A DNA stretch of 52,315 nt from an uncultured Mycoplasmatota bacterium (GTDB lineage: Bacteria > Bacillota_I > Bacilli_A > RF39 > UBA660): contig CANPJT010000003.1 in assembly GCA_947574255.1 (NCBI GenBank), positions 1 to 52,315 of the forward strand, in the 5' to 3' direction. This document shows, piece by piece, positions 33,003-42,818 of this stretch (within the stretch, counting starts at the first letter, position 1; each line of letters starts with the position of its first letter). A program made the translations under genes and the position numbers. The notes under the pieces are model-generated. The model did not search any database and was not told where the DNA came from. It saw only the letters and a program-made list of their open reading frames with translations.

Positions 33003-34660
33003 TGCAAAATGGTCCTGATTTTGATAAATTAATAGAACCATTTATTGAAATATATCAAAATGTAGAGTTTGATTTAATTAAACATATAGCTTCGCATTTT
33101 AAACTATATGAAGATATAGGGTTTAAAAACTCTATGGAGTGGTATGCAAAGAAAATTGCAGAACGTGGAGCATTAACACAAGAAGCGATTAATATCATTT
33201 CTAAAGAAACTAAAATACCAAAAGACAAAATTATTGAAATGTTAAAAGAAGCAGGTATAAGTACGATTGATATTGATGTTATTGATAAATTAAACAGTTT
33301 AAGAGATTTTCAAATAAATGTTAATACATTAATTAATTCTAAATCATTTTTAAATATAGTAGAAAATTCTTATAAAGAAATAAATGATATATTTAAATTA
33401 ATTAACACAAAAGCTATTGAAGGTTCTAATCAAGCCTACATGAACGTGTTAAATGAGGCTTACATAAGTGTTAAAGGTGGAGAATTAGATTATAATACAG
33501 CAATCCGAAAAGCTCTTACAAAAATGGCTAATCAAGGCATTACTATAGCTAGTTATAAGCAAAATAGTGGCAAGATACTTAATTATGGTATAGAGTCATG
33601 TGTAAGGCGTGATGTCCTTACTGCGGTTGTTCAATGTACTAATAGAGCAAGTGGAAATTTTGCTAAAGAAATGAAAGCGGAATATTATGAAGTATCACAA
33701 CATTTAGGTGCTAGAGTTACAGATACACACGATTATAAAGATCATTCTTGGTGGCAAGGTGGTATTTATAAAATAGAAGGTTCTACAAAAGAATATACTA
33801 ATTTTCAAGAAACTTGTAATGAAGGAGATGTACAAGGTATAGGAGGAGCAAATTGCAGACATATTAAACGGCCTTTTTGGCCAGGTATATCTGTTCCTAA
33901 AAAAATAAATATATCTCCAGAAGAAAACAAGAAAATATATGAATTATCCCAAGAACAAAGAAGACATGAAAGAAAAATAAGAGATTATAAAAGACATATC
34001 GAAATTGCAAAGGCATCCAATGATAATGATAAGTTAGATAGTTATAAGAAAAAACTTAAAACTATTGATAAAGAGTATAATCAATTCTGCAAAGACAATA
34101 ATTTACGAAGAAAATTTGCAAGAGAGGATATTATAAATCAAAAATATAATGATCCAATATTTGAAGATGAGTATTTTGAAGAATTTGAAAAACTGAATAA
34201 GAAAAAAGAACATTTAATTTATTATAATTTAAATACTGGAGAAATAGTTGGAAATATTTCTTCTGGATCAATTAATAATGTAAAACCAGATACAAAGACT
34301 AAATACAAAGTATTGCTGGCAAAAAAAGATAGTTTAATTGCAGTACATAATCATCCAAGCAACTTATCATTTTCTTTAACAGATTTTCAAACGTTTAATA
34401 ATTCTAAAGAGTTAAAAGGTATAGCTGTAAGAACTGATGATTACATATACTTGTTATCTACTGGAAAAGGTAGTAAACTAAAGGCAAATCAAAGTAATAT
34501 GGATTATATGAAAGAAGTTTTTAATAAAATTAAAATGGATATGCATATTACTAAAGAAAATAAGACAATACAACTAGTACACGAAAGAAACCAAAAATTT
34601 GCTAAAGAAATGGGATGGAAATATGAGCGAATCAGAAATCAAAAAGATGATAAAGAATGA
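33002..34660 (+). CDS. MuF/SPP1 gp7-like head morphogenesis (minor capsid) protein with a C-terminal JAB/RadC-like MPN domain
   Basis: MuF-type core (..YYEVSQHLGARVTDTHDYKDHSWWQGGIYK..GANCRH). The C-terminal IAVHNHPSNLSFSLTD gives H449-x-H451-x6-S458-x2-D461, the JAMM signature. Confidence 0.7.
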   Translation: MQNGPDFDKLIEPFIEIYQNVEFDLIKHIASHFKLYEDIGFKNSMEWYAKKIAERGALTQEAINIISKETKIPKDKIIEMLKEAGISTIDIDVIDKLNSLRDFQINVNTLINSKSFLNIVENSYKEINDIFKLINTKAIEGSNQAYMNVLNEAYISVKGGELDYNTAIRKALTKMANQGITIASYKQNSGKILNYGIESCVRRDVLTAVVQCTNRASGNFAKEMKAEYYEVSQHLGARVTDTHDYKDHSWWQGGIYKIEGSTKEYTNFQETCNEGDVQGIGGANCRHIKRPFWPGISVPKKINISPEENKKIYELSQEQRRHERKIRDYKRHIEIAKASNDNDKLDSYKKKLKTIDKEYNQFCKDNNLRRKFAREDIINQKYNDPIFEDEYFEEFEKLNKKKEHLIYYNLNTGEIVGNISSGSINNVKPDTKTKYKVLLAKKDSLIAVHNHPSNLSFSLTDFQTFNNSKELKGIAVRTDDYIYLLSTGKGSKLKANQSNMDYMKEVFNKIKMDMHITKENKTIQLVHERNQKFAKEMGWKYERIRNQKDDKE

Positions 34661-34832
34661 GTATAATGATGTAACTGATGATGATGTTAATGAAATATAT
34701 CAAATGTTGGTTGAAAATAATGTAGTTCCTAAAAATGAAAAAGAATTGCAAAATTTATTCAAAGAATTGGATGAAAGAGATAAATATATTATTTGGGATG
34801 ATTCGGATGATGAAATTATAAGTAGTAAATAG
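34623..34832 (+). CDS. Small acidic protein overlapping the end of the MuF-JAB gene
   Basis: ATG 34623. 69 aa and rich in D/E (DVTDDDVNE, WDDSDDE). Confidence 0.45.
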   Translation: MSESEIKKMIKNEYNDVTDDDVNEIYQMLVENNVVPKNEKELQNLFKELDERDKYIIWDDSDDEIISSK

Positions 34833-34859
34833 GGAATAACTTTTTGTTACTCCTCTTTT
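34833..34859 (+). terminator. Possible terminator after the head-morphogenesis block
   Basis: ggaataac pairs with gttactcc (one A-C mismatch), followed by tctttt. Confidence 0.4.
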
Positions 34860-35005
34860 AGTGCTTATAAAAGTACTGAGTAAGTCAATAGAAATATTGG
34901 CTTTTTTTATGTTTAATTTCTCTAACTTGCCGAGATATAAATACAAGTTGCACAATGCCAGAGTGAACTGGAATTTAAATTAAATCAGTGTAGTGAAAGG
35001 AATAT

Positions 35006-35614
35006 ATGGAATTTTTAAAAGAAGTTCTAGGAGAAGAATTATATTCTCAAACAAAAGAAAAGGTTAATTCTTATAATCAAGAACATAAGGATAAACCAAT
35101 AAAAATGGTAAATTTAAGTGAAGGAAATTATGTTTCTAAAGAAAAATTTGATTCTAAAGAAACAGAAGTGTCAAACTTAAAAACACAAATCGAAGATGCT
35201 AACAAAGAAATTCAATCTTATAAAGATATGGATATTGATAGTATTAAAAAATCTGCTGAAGATTGGGAGACTAAATTTAAAGAATTAGAACAAAATCAAA
35301 AAGCAGAAAGAGAAAAGAGTATTCGAGACGAAAGAACGAATGCTTTTTTTAATGACGTTAAGTTTGCAAGCGAATCAGCAAAAGCTGGTGTTATTGCACA
35401 ATTTGACGCAAAAGAGTTCAAGTATGATGAAGAAACTGGAAAATTCCAAGGTGCTTCTGAATGGCTGGAAGAATTAAAAAACAAGGATACAGGAGCATTC
35501 CTTAGTGAAGTTGCAAATCCAAAATTTACAACAAAACCAACAGCTCCTATACAAGGGTTTGATGAAGTAAAAAATAATATTTCATTAAATTCAAAATTTA
35601 AAAATTTTAATTAA
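35006..35614 (+). CDS. Scaffolding protein
   Basis: Acidic coiled-coil 202-aa protein directly upstream of the capsid gene. Confidence 0.55.
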   Translation: MEFLKEVLGEELYSQTKEKVNSYNQEHKDKPIKMVNLSEGNYVSKEKFDSKETEVSNLKTQIEDANKEIQSYKDMDIDSIKKSAEDWETKFKELEQNQKAEREKSIRDERTNAFFNDVKFASESAKAGVIAQFDAKEFKYDEETGKFQGASEWLEELKNKDTGAFLSEVANPKFTTKPTAPIQGFDEVKNNISLNSKFKNFN

Positions 35615-35634
35615 AAGAAAGAAGGAATTATATT

Positions 35635-36570
35635 ATGGAAAATAATGGTGTATTAAATTACGCAAAAACATATCAACCTAAATTAATTGATATGTTTATT
35701 GAAAACTCTTATTTAGCTCCATTCTTAGCAACAAATATTGAATGGTTAAATGCAAAAACATTTCATTTTACAACATTAAAAGTAGGTGGATACAAACAAC
35801 ATAAACTTACAGGAGGATGGAATAGACAAAAATTTGAAGAGGAAGATATTACTTATACTGTTGACAACGACAGAGATGTAGAATTTTTCGTTGACAAAAG
35901 GGAAGTTGATGAAACAAATAGAACAGCTTCTATTGAAAATATTAGTAATGTATTTACAAAAACTCAAGCTATTCCAGAAGCTGATGCTTATTTCTTTTCA
36001 AAAGTAGCAACAAAGGCTATTAGTGAACAATTGTCTACAGAAACTAAAATTAGTGAATGGACAAAAGATAATGTAGTCACTAAAATCAAAAATTATATTA
36101 GAAAATGTCGTAGATATTCTAATAAAGGATTAGTATTCTATGTTCGTGGCGAAATTATGGACTTACTTTCGTTATCTACTGAATATAATCGAAATATTAA
36201 TATTGAAAGTCTAAGTACTTCTGATATGGGTCTTAAAACTAGAATTTGTGTTATTGATGGAGTAGTATTAATTGAAGTTATTGATGAAGAAAGATTCTAT
36301 ACAGCTTTTGATTTTACTGATGGATTTGAATTAACTTCATCATCAAAAGCTATAAATCTTTTAGCAGCAACACCTTTAACAACAAAATATGTTGATAAAA
36401 TATCCTCAATTTATTTATTCTTAGCAGGAGAACATACACAAGGTGATGGACCTTTATACCAAAATAGAGATTTAAATGACGTATTTGTATTTCCTAATGG
36501 AAAAAATAATAAAATTGATAGTATTTATGTTGATTATGATCCAACAGAAATAGCTTTAGAAACAGAATAG
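35635..36570 (+). CDS. Major capsid protein
   Basis: 311 aa, strong RBS gaaggaa, and position after the scaffold gene. Confidence 0.65.
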   Translation: MENNGVLNYAKTYQPKLIDMFIENSYLAPFLATNIEWLNAKTFHFTTLKVGGYKQHKLTGGWNRQKFEEEDITYTVDNDRDVEFFVDKREVDETNRTASIENISNVFTKTQAIPEADAYFFSKVATKAISEQLSTETKISEWTKDNVVTKIKNYIRKCRRYSNKGLVFYVRGEIMDLLSLSTEYNRNINIESLSTSDMGLKTRICVIDGVVLIEVIDEERFYTAFDFTDGFELTSSSKAINLLAATPLTTKYVDKISSIYLFLAGEHTQGDGPLYQNRDLNDVFVFPNGKNNKIDSIYVDYDPTEIALETE

Positions 36571-36580
36571 GAGATTTAAC

Positions 36581-36856
36581 ATGATAAAAGTAAAAAGAGA
36601 AAATGTTATTTATTCTATTCCTGAGGAAGAAAAGGGAGATTATCTAAAAAAGGGATATTCTCTTTTAGATTCTAACGGAAAAGAAATTAAACCTAAAAAA
36701 AAGGATGATAATAAAGAACTAGAAACTTTAACAAAACGAGTTGAAGAGTTAACAACAGAAAAAACTAACTTAGAATCTGAAAAAGCTGATTTAACAAAAC
36801 GAGTTGAAGAGTTAACCAAACAAATTGAAAAATTATCTAAAAAAGATAAAGAATAG
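36581..36856 (+). CDS. Coiled-coil head-associated protein with an internal repeat
   Basis: A 26-bp perfect repeat at 36728-36753 and 36791-36816 encodes LTKRVEELT twice. Confidence 0.45.
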   Translation: MIKVKRENVIYSIPEEEKGDYLKKGYSLLDSNGKEIKPKKKDDNKELETLTKRVEELTTEKTNLESEKADLTKRVEELTKQIEKLSKKDKE

Positions 36857-36869
36857 GAGATGAAAAGGT

Positions 36870-37292
36870 ATGCTATTAGTAAATTATGAATACTACCTTA
36901 TGAATTATGAAGGTTCTAGCATACCTGAATCTTCATTTAAACCAAAAGCAATAGAAGCAAGTAATAAAGTAAACTATTATACTTGTAATAGAATTGATGA
37001 AGAAATACTAAATCAAGATAAATTAGGAGATAATATTCGAAATACTACTTGCCAAGTTGCTGAATTATTATTTGAACAAGAAAAACTAAAAAATAAAGTT
37101 AAACAGGATTCAAACGAAAATAAAGAGATAGCTAGCGAATCTTTAGGACCACATTCTATTTCTTATGTGAATAAATCAAACTTACAAGCTAATCAAATAC
37201 TATCTGATAAAGAATTAGAAGATAATATTTATAAGATAATATATCAATCATTAGCACATACTGGATTAATGTATAGGGGGCTATATGAATAA
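36870..37292 (+). CDS. Head-tail connector protein (by position)
   Basis: 140 aa. Call rests on gene order after the capsid gene. Confidence 0.4.
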   Translation: MLLVNYEYYLMNYEGSSIPESSFKPKAIEASNKVNYYTCNRIDEEILNQDKLGDNIRNTTCQVAELLFEQEKLKNKVKQDSNENKEIASESLGPHSISYVNKSNLQANQILSDKELEDNIYKIIYQSLAHTGLMYRGLYE

Positions 37293-37650
37293 ACCTCATA
37301 CAATAACTATTTATAATAAATACAATGATAAATATTATAAATCTATTTTAGAAAATGTTTATTGGTATGGTACAGATTCTATAAATATTTCTGGTAAAGG
37401 AATTGTAGAAAGTAGAGCTATTAATATTGTTATCGATGGAGCAAATATTGTTAAATATGTTCCAGAAGAAGAATATACAGGAAAAACTAATACATTCACA
37501 ATTCAAAACGGAATAAGAATAGTTTTAGGAGAAGGATCAAATATAAATAGTTTGAATGAAATAGAAAAACTAAAACAAATAACTGTATTTTCCTATGATA
37601 CTAATATTGTTGGTAGTGATTTAGATAACATTTTAGTAAGTGGTAGATAA
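37285..37650 (+). CDS. Head closure / head-tail adaptor protein (by position)
   Basis: 121 aa. Call rests on gene order. Confidence 0.35.
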   Translation: MNKPHTITIYNKYNDKYYKSILENVYWYGTDSINISGKGIVESRAINIVIDGANIVKYVPEEEYTGKTNTFTIQNGIRIVLGEGSNINSLNEIEKLKQITVFSYDTNIVGSDLDNILVSGR

Positions 37651-38111
37651 TGAAATTTGAAGCAAGTTTTAATTTAAATTCAATTGATACAGTAATCAAT
37701 AATTTAGGATTAGAAGAAGGCGGAGACGTTCAAAAATTTTTCACTAATCAAATATGGGATTTATCAGATGATTATGTTCCAATGGACACAGGAACATTAA
37801 AGAATAATTCTTCCATGTCATTAGATGGAACGCAACTAATTTATGATAGTCCTTATGCTAGATATCAATGGTATGGTAATTTAATGGTAGATTTAGATTA
37901 TGTAGTAGGAGCTTTTCCTTTGACTAAAAATGGTATTCAAGTTGGATTGTTTTCAAGAAAAGGAGTACCGAAGATATTAGATCCAGATGGAAGAAAATTA
38001 AATAATACTAATGGCTTAAGAGGTCCTTACTGGACTAGCAGAATGTGGGCTGATCGCCATGAAGAAATAGAAAATGCAGTCCAAAAATATATTGCAAGTA
38101 GAAAGAGGTAA
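37650..38111 (+). CDS. HK97 gp10-like neck / minor capsid protein
   Basis: The DSPYARYQWYG motif resembles the gp10-family sPYAxyvEyG motif. Confidence 0.5.
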   Translation: MKFEASFNLNSIDTVINNLGLEEGGDVQKFFTNQIWDLSDDYVPMDTGTLKNNSSMSLDGTQLIYDSPYARYQWYGNLMVDLDYVVGAFPLTKNGIQVGLFSRKGVPKILDPDGRKLNNTNGLRGPYWTSRMWADRHEEIENAVQKYIASRKR

Positions 38112-38114
38112 ATC

Positions 38115-38564
38115 ATGATAGGAGCAATTAGAACATATCTTAAAGATTGCACTTGCTTTGACACTTTAAAGGCTATAGGAGTTGATTTTTTATCAAATGA
38201 TGCAAATATAGCTTCAATTGATAGAACCCCAATACAACCTTTAAAAAAAGAAAATGTTGGTGGAACAAAATCAAAACAAGCAAGTTTTATTTTAAGAGTA
38301 AGATTAAATCATACAGATGAATTGAAACAACAAATAGAAAATAGTGATTTTTTAGAAGATTTTGAAGATTGGTTAGAAGATCAAAATGATATTAAAAACT
38401 TTCCAAAATTTAAAGATAATAAAAAAGTAACTAGTATTTATGTTTCTTCTAGTAATTATCTATTAATGGTAGATACAACACTACGAAAAGCGGTATATCA
38501 AGTTCAAATAATAGTTGAATATAAAAAGAAAAATAAGAATAATCCCTTTGTGGATTTTTTTTAA
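38115..38564 (+). CDS. Tail terminator-like protein (by position)
   Basis: 149 aa. Call rests on gene order. Confidence 0.35.
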   Translation: MIGAIRTYLKDCTCFDTLKAIGVDFLSNDANIASIDRTPIQPLKKENVGGTKSKQASFILRVRLNHTDELKQQIENSDFLEDFEDWLEDQNDIKNFPKFKDNKKVTSIYVSSSNYLLMVDTTLRKAVYQVQIIVEYKKKNKNNPFVDFF

Positions 38565-38582
38565 TGGAAAGAAGGTAAAAAT

Positions 38583-39101
38583 ATGAATGATGCCTTAAAA
38601 GTAGAAGGCGCAAAAGCACAAAGAAGTGAAACTGTTGTTTTTTATGTGGACGAAGGAACAGGGGAAAATGCAACAGAGACTTATGAAGCTATTGGTGTTG
38701 ATAATGATGAATTAACACGTACATTAAACAACGAAGTAGAATCAAAAACAAATGTATTAGGGCAAACTACTACAGATGTTACTAAAGGTGCAAATGTTAC
38801 TTCTGTTGACCCTTGCTATTATCGTAAAGATGGCAAACTTGCCAAAAAATTAAAAGATATTTATTGGTATGATAAAGAACTTTCACAAGTAGAAGAAATG
38901 TTTATGGAAGTTGATGCAACAGAAGAACCAACTAGTGGCGCTTATCCAGCATTTAAACAAAAAGGAGCTATTGATTTAAAGTCATGGGGTGGAGATACTA
39001 AAGGTATTGGAACTCCTTATGATATTAACTGGATAGGTTTAAAAACTTATGGAACATTTAATCCTACAACTAAAAAATTTACTGAAACAACAACTGTGTA
39101 A
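38583..39101 (+). CDS. Major tail protein
   Basis: 172 aa, strong RBS, followed by a strong terminator. It sits upstream of the chaperones and the tape measure gene. Confidence 0.55.
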   Translation: MNDALKVEGAKAQRSETVVFYVDEGTGENATETYEAIGVDNDELTRTLNNEVESKTNVLGQTTTDVTKGANVTSVDPCYYRKDGKLAKKLKDIYWYDKELSQVEEMFMEVDATEEPTSGAYPAFKQKGAIDLKSWGGDTKGIGTPYDINWIGLKTYGTFNPTTKKFTETTTV

Positions 39102-39107
39102 TTTAGT

Positions 39108-39134
39108 GGGAGAGGCAACTCTCCCTTATTTTTT
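39108..39134 (+). terminator. Rho-independent terminator/attenuator after the major tail gene
   Basis: gggagag-gcaa-ctctccc followed by ttatttttt. Confidence 0.75.
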
Positions 39135-39157
39135 ATATAAGAAAGGAAAAATTTATT

Positions 39158-39631
39158 ATGGCTATAGTAATAAAAAATAAAAATATACAAGAGAATGTAG
39201 TAGATGAAAACGGAAATTTGTTAGGAGTAATTTCTTATAATCCTGATGACACAAAATCTTATACTAAGTTTAGTGATATTATAAATAAGATTTATAAAGT
39301 ACAAGATAAAGTAAAAAGCTTATCTTCTTCTATTAAACAAATTCCAAAAAGAGAATTATCATTAGAAGAACTAGATGAACATCGTGGATCACTAGAAAAA
39401 ATGAATGAAACATTCCATTATCAAGAAAAATTATTAGAAGAAATATTTACAGATTTTGATTTTATTTTTGGAGAAGGTATTTGTGAAAAAATAATGAAAG
39501 GTTCTTATGATATTGAGTTATTAATTCCAATTCTTGAAGCTGTAAAACCAAATTTTGATAAAGCTAGAAATAAAAAAGTTGGTAAATATCTACCAAAAGA
39601 GGAAATAGAAGTTTTAGATGTGATGGAATAA
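39158..39631 (+). CDS. Tail assembly chaperone (gpG-like, by position)
   Basis: 157-aa acidic protein, two genes upstream of the tape measure gene. Confidence 0.45.
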   Translation: MAIVIKNKNIQENVVDENGNLLGVISYNPDDTKSYTKFSDIINKIYKVQDKVKSLSSSIKQIPKRELSLEELDEHRGSLEKMNETFHYQEKLLEEIFTDFDFIFGEGICEKIMKGSYDIELLIPILEAVKPNFDKARNKKVGKYLPKEEIEVLDVME

Positions 39632-40188
39632 TGAATCCGTTAATAAATAAATTGCCTACAAAAATTAAAATAGATGATGAAATAATAGATATTAATGCAG
39701 ATTTTCGAAATTGCTTGCAAATTATACTTGCATATGAAGATGATGAACTAACTATTCAGGAAAAACATTTTATAATGTTATCTAGGTTATATAAAACAAT
39801 TCCACAAAATATAGAAAAAGGTATTTTACAAGGAATAAAATTCTTAAATTGTGGAGAAGAAAGTAAAAGTGTAAATGAACAACCTAGAGTTTACTCCTTT
39901 CATAAAGATTCAAAATATATTTATCCTGCAGTTAGTCAAGCTAGTAATATGGATTTAGAAAAAGTCGATTTTTTTCATTGGTGGAAATTTTATTATTATT
40001 TTTTAGATATTTCAAATAATTGTACATTTTCGAATATTGTTCAATTAAGACAAAAAAAGAATAAAAGAAAATTAAATGAAGAAGAAAGAAAAATATGGAA
40101 AGAATCTATAGAAATCCTTGATTTAGACTATGAAAAACCAAAAGAAGAAAGTGAGTTCATGAAAGCGTTTAACAATGGAGGTGAATAA
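39631..40188 (+). CDS. Gp15-family tail assembly protein (gpT-like, by position)
   Basis: 185 aa. Its ATG overlaps the upstream stop codon, and it lies directly before the tape measure frame. Confidence 0.45.
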   Translation: MNPLINKLPTKIKIDDEIIDINADFRNCLQIILAYEDDELTIQEKHFIMLSRLYKTIPQNIEKGILQGIKFLNCGEESKSVNEQPRVYSFHKDSKYIYPAVSQASNMDLEKVDFFHWWKFYYYFLDISNNCTFSNIVQLRQKKNKRKLNEEERKIWKESIEILDLDYEKPKEESEFMKAFNNGGE

Positions 40189-40367
40189 CTGAGAAAAGCG
40201 AAGGACAAGTAGTAATTAATACTGAATTACGAAATAAGAATTTAATTGATGGATATAAAAATATAAGTAAAGAAACAGATAAATTAGTAAAACAATTTAA
40301 TAAAAAAGTAGATCAAATAAAAAAAGAAGAAATAGCAGTTGATAATTTAAAAGCTAAATATAATCAA

Positions 40368-42389
40368 TTGATGAGTGGAGAGAAAGCACCTGCTTCTTTA
40401 ACTGCAATGGAATCTCAATTAAAAAAATGTGAAAAAGAAATTACTAATTTAGAACAACAATACAATGATGTTATAAATAAAATTAATTTAAATCAAACTG
40501 ATTTAGAATTTGCAAAAAGTACAGGAGATACATCTCAAATCAAATCGTTAGACAATAATGGTAAAAAATTAGATACTCAATCTTTTGTTTTAGCAACTGA
40601 ATTAGAAAATACAAGGGATAAAGTGGAAAGATTAAAACAATCCTTAAACGAATTGAAAACTAATCCTCAGTCTTCAATGGAAGTTCAAAATTTAAAAGCA
40701 AAAATTGATTTAGCTACAAATAGCTTAAATAAATCAAAAGAAGAAGCTAATGAATTGGCAATCAATATTGAAAAATGTAGTAAAAATCGTTTTAAAAATT
40801 TAGGTATAGATGCGGTATCAATAAGTGATGGATTTGAAAAAGTAAATAATAAAATTGATAAATTCAAAAATAAAATATCAAGGTTAATTAGCACTGCAAT
40901 GGTATTTAGTTTATTAAGAAGTGGTTTAAGTTCTTTATCAAATTCATTTATAAGTCTTTTAAAATCAAATGACACATTTGCTAATAGTTTAAATCAAATA
41001 AAAGTTAATTTAATGACTGCTTTTGCACCTATATATAGTTCTGTATTACCTGCTTTAAATGCTTTGATGAATGCACTTGCTAAAATTACTGGTACTATAG
41101 CTATATTTATTTCGGGATTGTTTGGTAAAACAGCTAATCAAGCCAAAAACAACGCAAAACAACTATATAGTCAAGCTAAAGCTCAAAAAGCTTTGAACAA
41201 AGCCCAAAAAGAGCAAGAAAACTTAGCGAGTTTTGATAAGTTAGAAGTAAATAACGATACCGATGCTACTTCTTCTGGAGACATATCAAGTGGTGGAAGC
41301 AATGCAGATTTAAATTTTGATGGAGAAATCGCTTATAGTCAAAAATTATTAGATTTATTAAATAATATAAAAGATTTCGTGTTAGAAAATAAAGATTTAA
41401 TATTAGGATTTTTATTAGGATTAGCTGGAGGAATTTTAGCATTAAAACTGGGATTAGATGGAATAAAAGCTCTAGGTATAGGAATATTACTTTTTGGAAT
41501 AGTTGAACTTATATCATCCATTATAGATTATTTAAATGATCCATCATGGGAAAACTTTGGAAAAATTATAACATCTATAGGAGTAATTTTATTAGGATTA
41601 GGAATAATTTTAGGAAGTTTACCATTAGCTATAGCTGGAATAATTGCAATTATAGTTGGTCTTGTAGTCTCAAATTGGGAAAAAATAAAAGAATTTTTAC
41701 AAAATGCAGTACAGTGGCTATATGATCATTTAGATGTTATAAAAGAAAAATTCGGTATTTTTGGTGTATTTATAGCAACTATGTTAGCAAATTGGTTACA
41801 GTGGTTTATACATACATTCGACGATATATTTGGAGGTATAAAAAGAGCTTTAGACGGGATTATTGATTTAGTTGCAGGAGTATTTACTGGAAATTGGTCT
41901 AGGGCTTGGAATGGTGTAAAAAATATAGTAGGAGGAATTTTTCAAAGTTTGCTTGGAATGGCTAAAGCTCCGCTTAATGGAATTATATCATTGCTAAACG
42001 GAATTGTTGATGGTCTTAATTACTTTATAAAAGGAATTAATAAAGTTAGCTTTGATGTTCCTAGTTGGGTCCCTGGCATTGGTGGTAAAAAATTTGGTTT
42101 TAACATACCTAAGATTGGAAAAATACCAATGCTTGCGGAAGGTGCAGTTATTCCACCAAATAAAAAATTTACTGCTGTATTAGGAGACCAAAAAAATGGA
42201 AACAATTTAGAAGGACCAGAATCTTTATTTAGAAAAATAGTACGTGAAGAGAGTGGTGATAATAAAGAAGTTGTTTTAAATGCAACATTTATTATTCAGG
42301 CAGATACTGGAGAAGAATTTGGACGTGCTACTTTAAAAGGATTACATTTATTAGAAAATATTGATGGACAAGAATATGTTTTGAATTAG
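40368..42389 (+). CDS. Tape measure protein (reading frame open from 40185; true start unresolved)
   Basis: N-terminal coiled coil, a central glycine-rich hydrophobic block (LGFLLGLAGGILALKLGLDGIKALGIGILLFGIV) and 673+ aa. A further 61 sense codons lie upstream of the first TTG/ATG. Confidence 0.8.
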   Translation: MMSGEKAPASLTAMESQLKKCEKEITNLEQQYNDVINKINLNQTDLEFAKSTGDTSQIKSLDNNGKKLDTQSFVLATELENTRDKVERLKQSLNELKTNPQSSMEVQNLKAKIDLATNSLNKSKEEANELAINIEKCSKNRFKNLGIDAVSISDGFEKVNNKIDKFKNKISRLISTAMVFSLLRSGLSSLSNSFISLLKSNDTFANSLNQIKVNLMTAFAPIYSSVLPALNALMNALAKITGTIAIFISGLFGKTANQAKNNAKQLYSQAKAQKALNKAQKEQENLASFDKLEVNNDTDATSSGDISSGGSNADLNFDGEIAYSQKLLDLLNNIKDFVLENKDLILGFLLGLAGGILALKLGLDGIKALGIGILLFGIVELISSIIDYLNDPSWENFGKIITSIGVILLGLGIILGSLPLAIAGIIAIIVGLVVSNWEKIKEFLQNAVQWLYDHLDVIKEKFGIFGVFIATMLANWLQWFIHTFDDIFGGIKRALDGIIDLVAGVFTGNWSRAWNGVKNIVGGIFQSLLGMAKAPLNGIISLLNGIVDGLNYFIKGINKVSFDVPSWVPGIGGKKFGFNIPKIGKIPMLAEGAVIPPNKKFTAVLGDQKNGNNLEGPESLFRKIVREESGDNKEVVLNATFIIQADTGEEFGRATLKGLHLLENIDGQEYVLN

Positions 42390-42404
42390 AAAGTGTGAAG
42401 TTTT

Positions 42405-42818
42405 ATGGATAAAATAAAATTTATGAGTATAGATAACAGTCTTTCTTTTGATTTTCCGTGGGAATGGTGTGAAACTAAAAATTTGAAACCTAAAAAGAAT
42501 GATTTAGAAGCTAATGCAAAAAGAGGTAAATTAAATGGAACACTATATAGAAAAAGACAAGCACAAATTCCAGGATATATATTGCCAGTATCAGTAGCAG
42601 TATATAGAAAAGACATTGTCACATTATTAAATATACTAAAACAAGAAAAATATAAAGCTACTTATTTTGATCATTGGGCTGGTAGAGTTGTTACAACAGA
42701 GTTTTATACACCTCCTTTTGAATTACCAATAAGAAACCTACCTTTAGATAATAATTATGGAAATATAAAATATGCTCCTTTTGATATTGAAATGATAGGA
42801 TATAGTGATGTGTCATGA
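42405..42818 (+). CDS. Short tail component (distal-tail-protein position)
   Basis: 137 aa, immediately after the tape measure gene. Confidence 0.35.
   Translation: MDKIKFMSIDNSLSFDFPWEWCETKNLKPKKNDLEANAKRGKLNGTLYRKRQAQIPGYILPVSVAVYRKDIVTLLNILKQEKYKATYFDHWAGRVVTTEFYTPPFELPIRNLPLDNNYGNIKYAPFDIEMIGYSDVS

Noticed and set aside
30636-33041. Minus-strand ORFs 30636..30851, 30936..31124, 31291..31719, 31764..31970, 32060..32299 and 32844..33041.
   Set aside because: All are antisense to the well-supported terL and portal genes.
39158-40188. Canonical G/GT -1 programmed frameshift between the two chaperone genes.
   Set aside because: The second ORF has its own ATG overlapping the first stop (TAATG). 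I could not find a slippery heptamer near the end of the first ORF.
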